A DNA stretch of 64,000 bases, taken from the NCBI GenBank assembly GCA_964389655.1, contig CAYMED010000012.1:661-64660 (forward strand), written 5' to 3'. A program made the position numbers and the translations under genes. The notes beneath the pieces are model-generated. The model was not told the origin of the DNA. It did not search any database and saw only the letters and a program-made list of their open reading frames with translations. This DNA comes from an uncultured Candidatus Poseidoniales archaeon. GTDB taxonomy: Archaea; Thermoplasmatota; Poseidoniia; Poseidoniales; CAYMED01. Positions 28,829-37,391 of the stretch are shown one piece after another (the stretch's first letter is position 1; each line of letters opens with the position of its first letter).

Positions 28829-29304
28829 TAGTCATTCCCCCCGGGTAATTGAAAATCAGAAATTCTTGTGTATTTGCCTTTAGCCTTCCTTTTTGAAACC
28901 ATGATTGATAATAATTCAACATGTTCTTTATCAGATATTCCAAATTTTCGCCGCTCATCCCACAAAAGGAGTTGTTCTGTTGCAGTTAGTACACCATCTT
29001 CAAGATAGATATCCAATGACTTTCGATATGAATCTCGGTCTGAAAGCGCATATACTTGCGTTGATGAATCAAACTCGTCATTGTACCTGTGTATTTGATT
29101 CCCCAAGTGTGTTGCTTCATCAAGAGTGATTGAACGGCGTTCAACTTCAACCTGTATCTCAGTTGCCACTTCTTGCAATTCGTAAGCGGTATCGGCGCGC
29201 TGAATACGCTTGAGAAAGCGCCGACCTCTGCGGGACAAGCGCTCCGCTGCCACGTATACAAGCGGCATGGGGCGGGTTATCAAATCGCCTGTTGAATTAT
29301 TCAA
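28828..29304 (-). CDS. Small basic helical cytoplasmic protein, first gene of the coupled surface module
   Basis: The track start is TTG 29304 and the first ATG is at 29268 (MPLVYVAAERLSRRGRRF). The C-terminal LEDGVLTATEQLLLWDERRKFGISDKEHVELL weakly resembles TerB/DjlA-N-type helical modules. Its stop TAA shares a base with the next ATG (TAATG, 28830-28826). Confidence 0.5.
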   Translation of the reverse strand: MNNSTGDLITRPMPLVYVAAERLSRRGRRFLKRIQRADTAYELQEVATEIQVEVERRSITLDEATHLGNQIHRYNDEFDSSTQVYALSDRDSYRKSLDIYLEDGVLTATEQLLLWDERRKFGISDKEHVELLSIMVSKRKAKGKYTRISDFQLPGGND

Positions 29305-29413
29305 AGTGAATCATAATTAAACATAATGATTTAATCGTGCACCCCCAAAACATAGCACATACACCCTAAAATGAAGGATCTTGACATTTAACTATGGAAT
29401 CAAAATACTCCTT

Positions 29414-30079
29414 TCAGTTACAAATTTCGTTTGGCCCTCTTGTACCACTTACTAGTGCGACCGGCCAAACAGAACATCCCGGGCCAAGGATGACACCAGG
29501 ATTCAATACTGCATTGCAACCGATACTCACATCTGCTCCAACTAAGGATCCAAACTTTCTCAAACCAGTATCCACCATTTTAGTTCCAATCCGCACTCGC
29601 ACCTCATTGTTATCATGGCGTAGATTAGAGAGTATGACCCCAGCACCCAAATTTGAGTTCGGTCCAATAATGCTATCTCCAACATAGTTGAAATGAGGTG
29701 CTTTTGCCCCTGGTAGAAGAATGCTATGCTTAATTTCACAAGCATGGCCAAGGACCGACTCGCGACATAACCATGACCATGCCCGAACATATGCATTAGC
29801 ACGCACTTCTGCATTTGGGCCGATGTAACATGGGCCTTCGATTATTGCAGAGCTGGCGATTTTCGCAGATGGATCAATCCAAACCCCCCCTTCAAGAGTC
29901 AATTTTGTGGAGGCAAAATCACATCTCTGGTCCAGCGCAGCAATTTGACTTCGAAGATTCCCTTTACTATTTGGGTCGATTAATACCCACGGCGTTCCAC
30001 CTTCTGGATATACTGGCGCAGCCCAAAGGTCGCTATCCCACTTTGGCCAAAGTTCCTCTGCAGTTGCAACCCATGACAC
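29414..30079 (-). CDS. Left-handed beta-helix (hexapeptide-repeat) transferase, GlmU-C-terminal-like
   Basis: Hexapeptide periodicity in IASSAIIEGPCYIGPNAEVRANAYVR, IIGPNSNLGAGVILSNL and VGADVSIGCNAVLNPGVILGPGCSV. Confidence 0.7.
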   Translation of the reverse strand: MSWVATAEELWPKWDSDLWAAPVYPEGGTPWVLIDPNSKGNLRSQIAALDQRCDFASTKLTLEGGVWIDPSAKIASSAIIEGPCYIGPNAEVRANAYVRAWSWLCRESVLGHACEIKHSILLPGAKAPHFNYVGDSIIGPNSNLGAGVILSNLRHDNNEVRVRIGTKMVDTGLRKFGSLVGADVSIGCNAVLNPGVILGPGCSVWPVALVSGTRGPNEICN

Positions 30080-30109
30080 ATTCCTTCGATCGGGCTTCTG
30101 AAGATGAGT

Positions 30110-31402
30110 CTACCGCCCTTTCCCTTCTCCGACCCAAGTAGGGGGGGGTGCTCTAAGTCGATACACAATCACAAGGATCCGATCTAGCAACAACCCCGTA
30201 ATTCCCAAACCAATCAATAGAATTGCATTTTTCATTCCCCAAAGCGGTGCTAATAACATTGCGATCCCCAACCATCTCGAACAAAACCCTAGGGCAGATA
30301 TGGACCTTGAAAGAAACATTCTTCGTTCTAATCTAGGTACTTCAAGCAACCTTTCTCGCAATTCAGCAGACTTTCCTTTTCCCAATATTTTGAATTCCGC
30401 CACTTCAATCAATAAGCACTCATAAACCCAAATTGAGATGCCCCCTCTATGGCCATCAAGAACCCTGCGGTTGGCCCACATTCTAGGGGCAGTTGCCTTC
30501 CATCCCGCGATAAATACCTGTCGAGCAGCCTTTGAGTCTTCGTGTGATAGGTTAGCTCGGTCAAGGTCTAGTAGAATTCGACCAATATCACGTGTGGCAG
30601 GTAACTCCTTGTCAGGTAACAAAACCTCAACCCATGACTGAGATGGTTCAACCATGCCAATAATCACGCCCTCTGAACTAACGATCCAATCTCTAACCCC
30701 GGGTCCGTTGAGGTCTATTGTTGCGTGTGTGCTTAGCGTGTGTGGTGCTCTCCAAAGAGTATTTGCCTGAGTCCACCCTTCTAGCAATTTGAGCCTATTG
30801 TTCCAAGACCTTTGATCAGATGCTGAGCATTTTCTCTTCGCAGAAACTCTGTGACAGCGTCCAAGAACTTGTCCTAATTTCGTAGCACCATCTTTTGGAA
30901 AATCTCTTATTTCTGAAATTAGATTTTTTGATCCACTTGGCACTTTCAATTGGCTAATTACAATTTTCCCTTCAATACTAACTAGCACTTTAGATGAGGA
31001 TAATCCAGCCCCCTTGAGCACTTTCTTCCGTTCTTCAAATAATTTGGGTGTGCTTCGATGAAGCCGCACCCATTTGCATTCGCCTTTTTGTTCTATGAGC
31101 CAAGTAACTTCCCTTTGGCTGGTGTGTAGAGGGACCATTCCGAAAAGTGGCTCAAAAGAGCCACTTTTTCCATGCACTTTACCACCATTTTTCTTTACAT
31201 CTTCAAGAAAATCCACCCATTCTTCCTTTTCTTTCAAGATTCCTTCAATTAGTAACTGTTTTGTTTGATCTTTTGGTATTGCAACTTTGAGTGGACCATA
31301 TTCCTTGATCTCAACAGACTGCAAAAAATTCGCATCGAGACCTACTAGGGTCTCCATCATAATCTCGGCTAAGGCCTTGTACTCTTCTATTCTGCCGGTC
31401 AA
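30110..31402 (-). CDS. Membrane-anchored protein with weak kinase/APH-like fold cues
   Basis: 430-aa ORF. The track start TTG overlaps the upstream stop (TTGA, 31402-31399), and the first ATGs are at 31360 and 31357. Cues are HATIDLNGPGVRDWIV and ATRDIGRILLDLD. Two C-terminal hydrophobic helices are present (WLGIAMLLAPLWG; AILLIGLGITGLLL). Family not established. Confidence 0.45.
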   Translation of the reverse strand: MTGRIEEYKALAEIMMETLVGLDANFLQSVEIKEYGPLKVAIPKDQTKQLLIEGILKEKEEWVDFLEDVKKNGGKVHGKSGSFEPLFGMVPLHTSQREVTWLIEQKGECKWVRLHRSTPKLFEERKKVLKGAGLSSSKVLVSIEGKIVISQLKVPSGSKNLISEIRDFPKDGATKLGQVLGRCHRVSAKRKCSASDQRSWNNRLKLLEGWTQANTLWRAPHTLSTHATIDLNGPGVRDWIVSSEGVIIGMVEPSQSWVEVLLPDKELPATRDIGRILLDLDRANLSHEDSKAARQVFIAGWKATAPRMWANRRVLDGHRGGISIWVYECLLIEVAEFKILGKGKSAELRERLLEVPRLERRMFLSRSISALGFCSRWLGIAMLLAPLWGMKNAILLIGLGITGLLLDRILVIVYRLRAPPPTWVGEGKGR

Positions 31403-34400
31403 TCAGCCCAACGAATCCATGACCCACCAGGGCCTTGTCGATAGAAATGGTTTCCAGAGGCTGGTGGATGTTCCACCCATTCAAGTCCATCTTGCCCGAT
31501 TCTTCCAGCTGCATTCGCGGGAGGCCCGCCCGAATCACTGGAAAAGTCACCGTATTCACTCGCCCAATCGCTTTCCCTATCTCCTTTCCCACCTTTGCGA
31601 GAGAGCAAGATTCCAATAATTGCTAACACTGCAATGATCCCCCCAATTGCATATATTAGAGTCATTGGTAATTCTGAAACGACACTTTTTGAGGCTAAAG
31701 TTTGAGATGATTGATTAGTACCTGTTTCATTTTCTAACACACCAGATGAATCAGAAACATTTGTTGTGTTAGTTGCATTTGTCGAAATATCCACGCTGGT
31801 TGAATTAGGAGTTTCCGCATCCCCATTTTCATCATCATTAGTTGTATTCATCACAGATTCCTGTGTGGTAAGGCACAGGGCTTCGCCGTACGGGCACTTA
31901 TCAACAAGGTCGGGAGTACCATCATTATCGTCATCTGTATCTTCAGTAGAATCATTACAACCGTCTCCGTCAAAATCACTTGATGGGTTTGATTTCCACC
32001 CGATTGCTGAGAAGCAATTGTCATCTTTGTCTTCGACACCATCATCATCATCATCATCATCTTCGCCAGCATCTCGACAACCATCCCCGTCAATGTCGAG
32101 CACACGCCCCGATACCCAATTTGTTTCCCCATCAGGGCAGAAATCGTCGTGATCGGGAATACGATCATTGTCATCATCTTCATCTTCAGTGGCATCTTCA
32201 CACCCGTCTCGATCATTATCCGTGGTACTACTGGAGCGGAATAATCGACCTTGCGGGCATAAATCTGCAAGGTTTTCCACCCCGTCATCATCATCATCAT
32301 CATCTTCATCTGTATTTGCACAACCATCTCTATCATGGTCGCTAGACCTCAAACTCACCCACCCTGTGAATCCTAGAGGGCACGTATCATCTGTGTCTGG
32401 GATACCATCATTATCATCATCCAGGTCTTCTGTTAAGTCAAAGCACCCATCTCCATCATGATCTGTAGAGGGAGTGGATGACCAATTTGTTCGGCCAAGC
32501 GGACAGTCGTCGTTTGCATCAATTATTGTGTCATTATCTCTGTCATCATCCTCTACGCCATCTTGACATCCATCTCCATCATGGTCTGTAAGTGGGTTTG
32601 AACCCCAACCAATTTCTGCACGGAAGCAACGATCCATTCCATCATTGACACCATCATTATCATCATCATCATCCTCAAATTCATCATGACAACCATCCTC
32701 ATCATGGTCATTTACGGCCTTGTTAGATAGCCAACCAGTTAGGCCGATGGAATGACCAAAAGAATTCCTTTCACACAAGTCGTAATAATCTTCGATGCCA
32801 TCATTATCGTCATCTTTGTCTTCCCCTCCATCGCGACAACCATCACCATCTTGATCGGTCAGTGGGGCAGAGATCCAATCAATGTCTCCATATCGGCAAT
32901 CATCATTTGTATCGCTGAGGCCATCGTTATCATCATCAGTGTCACAAACATCCCCATATTCATCTGAATCATGGTTTGTTTGGTCAGAATTTTGGATTAA
33001 GGGGCAATTATCCAGTCGATTTGGAAGCCCATCACCATCATCATCAGGATCAAATTTTGAGATCCAAAGATCATAGGAACTTCCTCTGTGAGAATGTGAA
33101 ACGCCATCTAATGTGATTGTATTTTGGTGTTTTCCGGCACGATATATGGTCCCATTCGCATCAATATTAACGGAATGAACCCACATGGCAACCCCGTTAT
33201 CATCTGTCTTTGTAGTATATTTCTTTGAAGTCGAACCATCGCCTGAAATAATCTCTTCATACCGATCATGGACAATCCACACATCACCATTCGTTGGGGA
33301 AACCGAAAGTCCGGACTCTTTCTGATTGTTATTGTAGCAACATGCTGTTAGGTCCTTGACCCACTCTTCAGAGCCTGAACGATTCCATTTAGCGACAAAG
33401 TCCTTGTTTGTGCTTGGTGTCGAACCACCCCCAAATGAAATTGAATTTCCACTTCGATATCCATACACAACGGGGTTCCATAATCCATCAAATGCTATTT
33501 CTCTGAGATAGTCATCTGAGTTTGAACCAATGTGCTTTATCCAATCCACGGTTTTATTTTGGTCAAATTTAAGCATGAATCCATCCCAATTGCTCCGTTG
33601 TGCCCCACAATGGCGAGTGCCATAAAATTCTAAACAATATCTGAAATATCCAGTCACATAGATGTTTGATGCATTATCTATTTCGATATCCCATGCCTCA
33701 TTATTTGAATTTGTATTGCAACTAGAGCCAGAACTGCCTGTATACCCCTTTATTTCTTCACCCCACTTTGTATTACCATTAGAGTCAAAACGAAGGACAA
33801 AAGATGACCAAATCCAACTCCCACAATAACTGCTGAAGTAGTTACTTTGGTCAATATGAAAACTATGGGTTGTATGATACCACCTTCCAGTAGTATATAC
33901 ATCACCATTATTTGGGTCTATAGCAACCCCTTCTCCATATGTGTGTTCACAACAACTTCTGTATCCATAACTGTGTGCCCATTTCCACTGCCCATTTTTG
34001 TCTATTTTTGCGACAAAACCATCCCAATAACTGCTGTAATCATTTTGGATATTGAATTGACCACCAAAATACATGGTATAGCGAAAATACCCGCTTATTA
34101 CTGCAGTTCCATCGGGTGCAACATCCAAGTCTGTAACGTAAACATATCCACTACCACAATTATCACTTGAGTAAGCGTATTCTGACCATTCCAAATCACC
34201 ATCTGGGCTATATTTTGCCACAAATAATTCGACACACGAATTTCTTCCACTCAATTGAGCATTCTTTGATGCTGAACCACTGTTGTCAAAGTACATCGTG
34301 CAACTTGAACTTCCACTCGTACAATATTCTCCCGCGACATAGACACTCCCATCTCCAGAAGTTTCTATATGGTACCCATAATCATTCTCATTACTCCCCA

Positions 34401-34578
34401 TGGTTCGTGTCCAAGATGTTGTTTGTGTTGTAGAAGATCTTCCATCACTCACGCCCAAAACATCAGAATTATCTAAAATTTTGGCAGTAATGGTCGGATC
34501 ATCTACTTCATCCTCAAACAATGGAATTGAAGACATGGCTAGGAACATTAGGGCAAGGAACACGGCGCGACGATGCAT
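31399..34578 (-). CDS. Giant (1059 aa) surface protein: SBBP-type beta-propeller repeats, thrombospondin type-3-like Ca-binding repeat array, C-terminal TM anchor
   Basis: Signal peptide MHRRAVFLALMFLAMSSIPLF. SBBP-like strands are GDGSVYVAGEY, PDGTAVISGYF, NNGDVYTTGRW and ASNIYVTGYF. About nine units follow of the form D.DDDNDG..D..D.CP......W.S....D.D.DGC.D..ED. Then come an N/T/S-rich linker, a TM (LIYAIGGIIAVLAIIGILLS) and a ~75-aa cytoplasmic tail. Confidence 0.85.
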   Translation of the reverse strand: MHRRAVFLALMFLAMSSIPLFEDEVDDPTITAKILDNSDVLGVSDGRSSTTQTTSWTRTMGSNENDYGYHIETSGDGSVYVAGEYCTSGSSSCTMYFDNSGSASKNAQLSGRNSCVELFVAKYSPDGDLEWSEYAYSSDNCGSGYVYVTDLDVAPDGTAVISGYFRYTMYFGGQFNIQNDYSSYWDGFVAKIDKNGQWKWAHSYGYRSCCEHTYGEGVAIDPNNGDVYTTGRWYHTTHSFHIDQSNYFSSYCGSWIWSSFVLRFDSNGNTKWGEEIKGYTGSSGSSCNTNSNNEAWDIEIDNASNIYVTGYFRYCLEFYGTRHCGAQRSNWDGFMLKFDQNKTVDWIKHIGSNSDDYLREIAFDGLWNPVVYGYRSGNSISFGGGSTPSTNKDFVAKWNRSGSEEWVKDLTACCYNNNQKESGLSVSPTNGDVWIVHDRYEEIISGDGSTSKKYTTKTDDNGVAMWVHSVNIDANGTIYRAGKHQNTITLDGVSHSHRGSSYDLWISKFDPDDDGDGLPNRLDNCPLIQNSDQTNHDSDEYGDVCDTDDDNDGLSDTNDDCRYGDIDWISAPLTDQDGDGCRDGGEDKDDDNDGIEDYYDLCERNSFGHSIGLTGWLSNKAVNDHDEDGCHDEFEDDDDDNDGVNDGMDRCFRAEIGWGSNPLTDHDGDGCQDGVEDDDRDNDTIIDANDDCPLGRTNWSSTPSTDHDGDGCFDLTEDLDDDNDGIPDTDDTCPLGFTGWVSLRSSDHDRDGCANTDEDDDDDDDGVENLADLCPQGRLFRSSSTTDNDRDGCEDATEDEDDDNDRIPDHDDFCPDGETNWVSGRVLDIDGDGCRDAGEDDDDDDDGVEDKDDNCFSAIGWKSNPSSDFDGDGCNDSTEDTDDDNDGTPDLVDKCPYGEALCLTTQESVMNTTNDDENGDAETPNSTSVDISTNATNTTNVSDSSGVLENETGTNQSSQTLASKSVVSELPMTLIYAIGGIIAVLAIIGILLSRKGGKGDRESDWASEYGDFSSDSGGPPANAAGRIGQDGLEWVEHPPASGNHFYRQGPGGSWIRWAD
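31885..33051 (-). repeat. Coding tandem array of about 9 Asp-rich TSP3-like units (~135 nt period)
   Basis: Runs of gat/gac codons with conserved Cys and Trp positions. The array produces long spurious His-, Ser- and Met-rich ORFs in other frames and on the other strand. Confidence 0.85.
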
Positions 34579-34673
34579 CAGATATCCGTCCGGTCATGGA
34601 CGATGGAGATTCATCCAATATCACGGTTCCGGCGACACAAGACATAATGTTGGGGAGGTTTCATCGCCAATAG

Positions 34674-35117
34674 ATGCCTGCGCTAACTCCGATGTCAGAC
34701 TCAACGATTCCCGACCACATTATCACGGGGCTTATTCGTCTTGACCCGTATGACCGGCTTCTTGAAGCGCAACGACTAGGGCCACAATTTGGAATGAACC
34801 CAGATGACTTAGTCGCATATATCGCAACCATAGAAGCTACTAGAAAAACTCCGAATACGGAGAATTCATCCTTAAACCCCCTAACGCAAGACATTGAGGA
34901 AGAAGCATCGCTCATTGTTCCAAGTGCTGAAAGAATTGTTGATTCTGGGCGTTACCGACTTAGATATGCACCCGACGACGCAACAAAAGACCGCCAAGAA
35001 TCTGTCTCTGATGCCGTTTTGTGCCCATCATGCTCAGCACCATTAGGCATCCCTTCTATCCGTCCAATAAAAGTCACTTGTCCGGCATGTGGTGTTGATA
35101 GTTTAATCATGAGTTGA
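34674..35117 (+). CDS. Small protein with C-terminal zinc ribbon (CPSC...CPAC), coupled to priL
   Basis: 147 aa ending in LCPSCSAPLGIPSIRPIKVTCPACGVDSL. Its stop (35115-35117) overlaps a TTG (35114) and lies 11 nt before the first ATG (35129) of priL. Confidence 0.5.
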   Translation: MPALTPMSDSTIPDHIITGLIRLDPYDRLLEAQRLGPQFGMNPDDLVAYIATIEATRKTPNTENSSLNPLTQDIEEEASLIVPSAERIVDSGRYRLRYAPDDATKDRQESVSDAVLCPSCSAPLGIPSIRPIKVTCPACGVDSLIMS

Positions 35118-36286
35118 GTTGTGGGACAATGGCGAGAAAACCAGATCCCCCTCCCATCACAAATCAAGCCTCCTTAGCCAGAATGCCATTTCTTCCTCAA
35201 TCACGTTCGATTATGCAGTCGATGGCACGTGAATATGGCTTGGATATTGTAACACTACTTGAATCACAATCAACTGCAGCGATTCGAGCACGTGGACATC
35301 AGCGCTTGCTCGAATCGATTGTATCTAGTGCCGGAATCGATCATTCATCATCCATCGACCTCTATACAAGTGAAGGCCGGATGATTGAGATTTTTAGCTA
35401 CCTTTACGCGTTGATGGTTGTTTGTGCGAGTGCAGATAAAGCACTTGGGCGCCGATGGGCCCACGGTGAGGCAATGCGTGCTAAAGCCCTAATTGAATCA
35501 GACCCACACATGCTTGAACAGGTTGCACTAACGTACCTGGGTGATGTGAATTTAGACCCTGAAAACATATCCATTGGACTTCTAGATTGGTTGGAGTTAT
35601 CCCCCCGAATTTCGGGAGATAATTGGAGATTAATTCACCAAGATCTTGAAGATGGCAGGGTGATGCTAGGTGGAGGTATTCAAGGCCAAAAAAGAGTTGC
35701 TCGCCTACTTCTTGAGCGCGTGCGTGACGCAATAACGGAGTCGATAGAGGAACGCTCTTCACGCCTCGACGATGAAACAGCATCTCATCTAGCAGAATCT
35801 GTAGCCATTTTTGAATCAGAATTGCGCCTTAATCATTCGTCAGAGGTTGAACTCACCGAGGTGAATGAAGGTGATTTACCGCCTTGTATGCAAGTTATCA
35901 TTTCTGAATTAAGTGAAGGGGTAAATGTTAATCATACAGGGCGCCTTTTTCTTGCATCGATGGCTCATACAATTGGTTGGACAATTGAACAAACAAAATC
36001 ATTATTCCAAAAAGCCCCTGATTACGATGCCGGCACAACGACATATCAACTTGGCCAAATTTATGAAACAAAGTATACGCCAGCAGGCTGTCCTAAAATG
36101 AAGGTGAATCGAAATTGCCCAGTCCAACTAGGAGACAATTCACTATGCGATCAATCTTGGATGACCCACCCCTTGAAGTACCTCAAAGCCCGACAGCGCG
36201 ATCGTCGACGCGATGCACCTTTAGAGGCGGCGGGCGTGCCATCAAAAGATACAACACTCCCCGAAGGAGCTATTGATAATGAATAG
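35114..36286 (+). CDS. priL: DNA primase large subunit PriL
   Basis: LPPCMQVIISELSEGVNVNHTGRLFLASMAHTIGW...APDYDAGTTTYQLGQIYETKYTPAGCPKM..NCP...LC contains the PPCM motif, the HxxR(F/L) helix and the Cys ligands of the archaeo-eukaryotic PriL Fe-S domain. Confidence 0.8.
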   Translation: MSCGTMARKPDPPPITNQASLARMPFLPQSRSIMQSMAREYGLDIVTLLESQSTAAIRARGHQRLLESIVSSAGIDHSSSIDLYTSEGRMIEIFSYLYALMVVCASADKALGRRWAHGEAMRAKALIESDPHMLEQVALTYLGDVNLDPENISIGLLDWLELSPRISGDNWRLIHQDLEDGRVMLGGGIQGQKRVARLLLERVRDAITESIEERSSRLDDETASHLAESVAIFESELRLNHSSEVELTEVNEGDLPPCMQVIISELSEGVNVNHTGRLFLASMAHTIGWTIEQTKSLFQKAPDYDAGTTTYQLGQIYETKYTPAGCPKMKVNRNCPVQLGDNSLCDQSWMTHPLKYLKARQRDRRRDAPLEAAGVPSKDTTLPEGAIDNE

Positions 36287-37391
36287 GACTCTCGTACTGA
36301 CCATTGACCGTGACGATGATCTCGGCGTGAAAGCAGGCCTTCGTGGGCCAATCATTGGTCGGAGAAATGTACTTGCCGCCGCCCTCAAACTCGGCATTGC
36401 TGACCCGGAAGAATCCGATACCAATGCGATCCTTGGAGCATTGCAGCAGCATGACTTTCTTGTTGATGAAGACGGCGAGGATGAAATTTCAATTGCAATT
36501 TTAACTGGCGATGAACGCGTAGGCGTTCGTTCGGACCGAGCAATTGCCATGCAACTCGAAGAAGTCATAGATCATGCAGAACCAGATAGAGTAGTGGTAG
36601 TAACTGATGGTGCAGAAGATGAAACCCTCCTCCCAATTATCCAAAGTCGCTTGCGCATCGACCACGTTCATCGAATAGTTGTGAAACAGTCAAAAGGACT
36701 TGAAGGGACGTATTATTACATTGCCAAAGCACTTGATGACCCCGGAATGCGAAGGAGAATTGTCATACCAGTATCTCTTGTTCTAATTCTAATTGGCGCA
36801 GGGATCAGTTTTGGCCAGCCATGGATGATTGGTGCTCTCCCACTTTTGCTTGGAGGGTGGCTTTTAGCACGAGGATTGGGTGCTGAGAATTTGATTTCCA
36901 GAATTATTCTAGAGATGAATGCAAATACAGACGGGGCAATGATTACTACAGTACTTTGGTCTATTGCACTTATATCAGCCATTTTAGCTGGAACGGCGGC
37001 ATGGGAAACTTACTCAGATGGAATTGGTTTAGACCACCCCTCTTCTCTCTTAGTTCTTACAGCCCTGCGAGATTCTTTGACATGGGTTCTCCTTACGTTT
37101 TTGTTTACTGCCCTTGGTTCAATGGTTTTAGCAGCACGCAGGGGGCACTTCAGAAAGCGAGTGGTTGTCATGTCTATTTTTGTTCTAACAATTTGGGAAT
37201 TTACCCGCAATGCAGTCCGAATATCCATTGATCGCATCAACAATGGAACTGATTACGCATTTGATGTCCAACAAATCCAACAAGATTGGTCGGGCACATT
37301 GCTCTTATTGGTGGCTTGGTGGATTACTTGGCGAGCAATGAAAGCCTTTGATCCAACAGGAGATGAGGGGCGCCGATTTCATGGAGTATAA
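36273..37391 (+). CDS. DUF373-like archaeal membrane protein
   Basis: The N-terminal soluble domain TLVLTIDRDDDLGVKAGLRGPIIGRRNVLAAALKLGIADPEESDTNAILGAL matches my recollection of the DUF373 family. The C-terminal half has about 6 TM helices. The probable start is ATG 36279, preceded by GAAGGAG, which overlaps the priL end by 8 nt. Confidence 0.6.
   Translation: MIMNRTLVLTIDRDDDLGVKAGLRGPIIGRRNVLAAALKLGIADPEESDTNAILGALQQHDFLVDEDGEDEISIAILTGDERVGVRSDRAIAMQLEEVIDHAEPDRVVVVTDGAEDETLLPIIQSRLRIDHVHRIVVKQSKGLEGTYYYIAKALDDPGMRRRIVIPVSLVLILIGAGISFGQPWMIGALPLLLGGWLLARGLGAENLISRIILEMNANTDGAMITTVLWSIALISAILAGTAAWETYSDGIGLDHPSSLLVLTALRDSLTWVLLTFLFTALGSMVLAARRGHFRKRVVVMSIFVLTIWEFTRNAVRISIDRINNGTDYAFDVQQIQQDWSGTLLLLVAWWITWRAMKAFDPTGDEGRRFHGV

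Noticed and set aside
31766-32461. Long plus-strand ORFs and an alternative-frame minus-strand ORF (31766..32152, 31980..32345, 32168..32461, 31851..32336) with Ser-, His- or Met-rich translations.
   Set aside because: They lie wholly within the TSP3-like Asp-codon repeat array of the 1059-aa gene. Their low-complexity composition is just GAT/GAC repeats read in other frames or on the other strand, so they are not genes.
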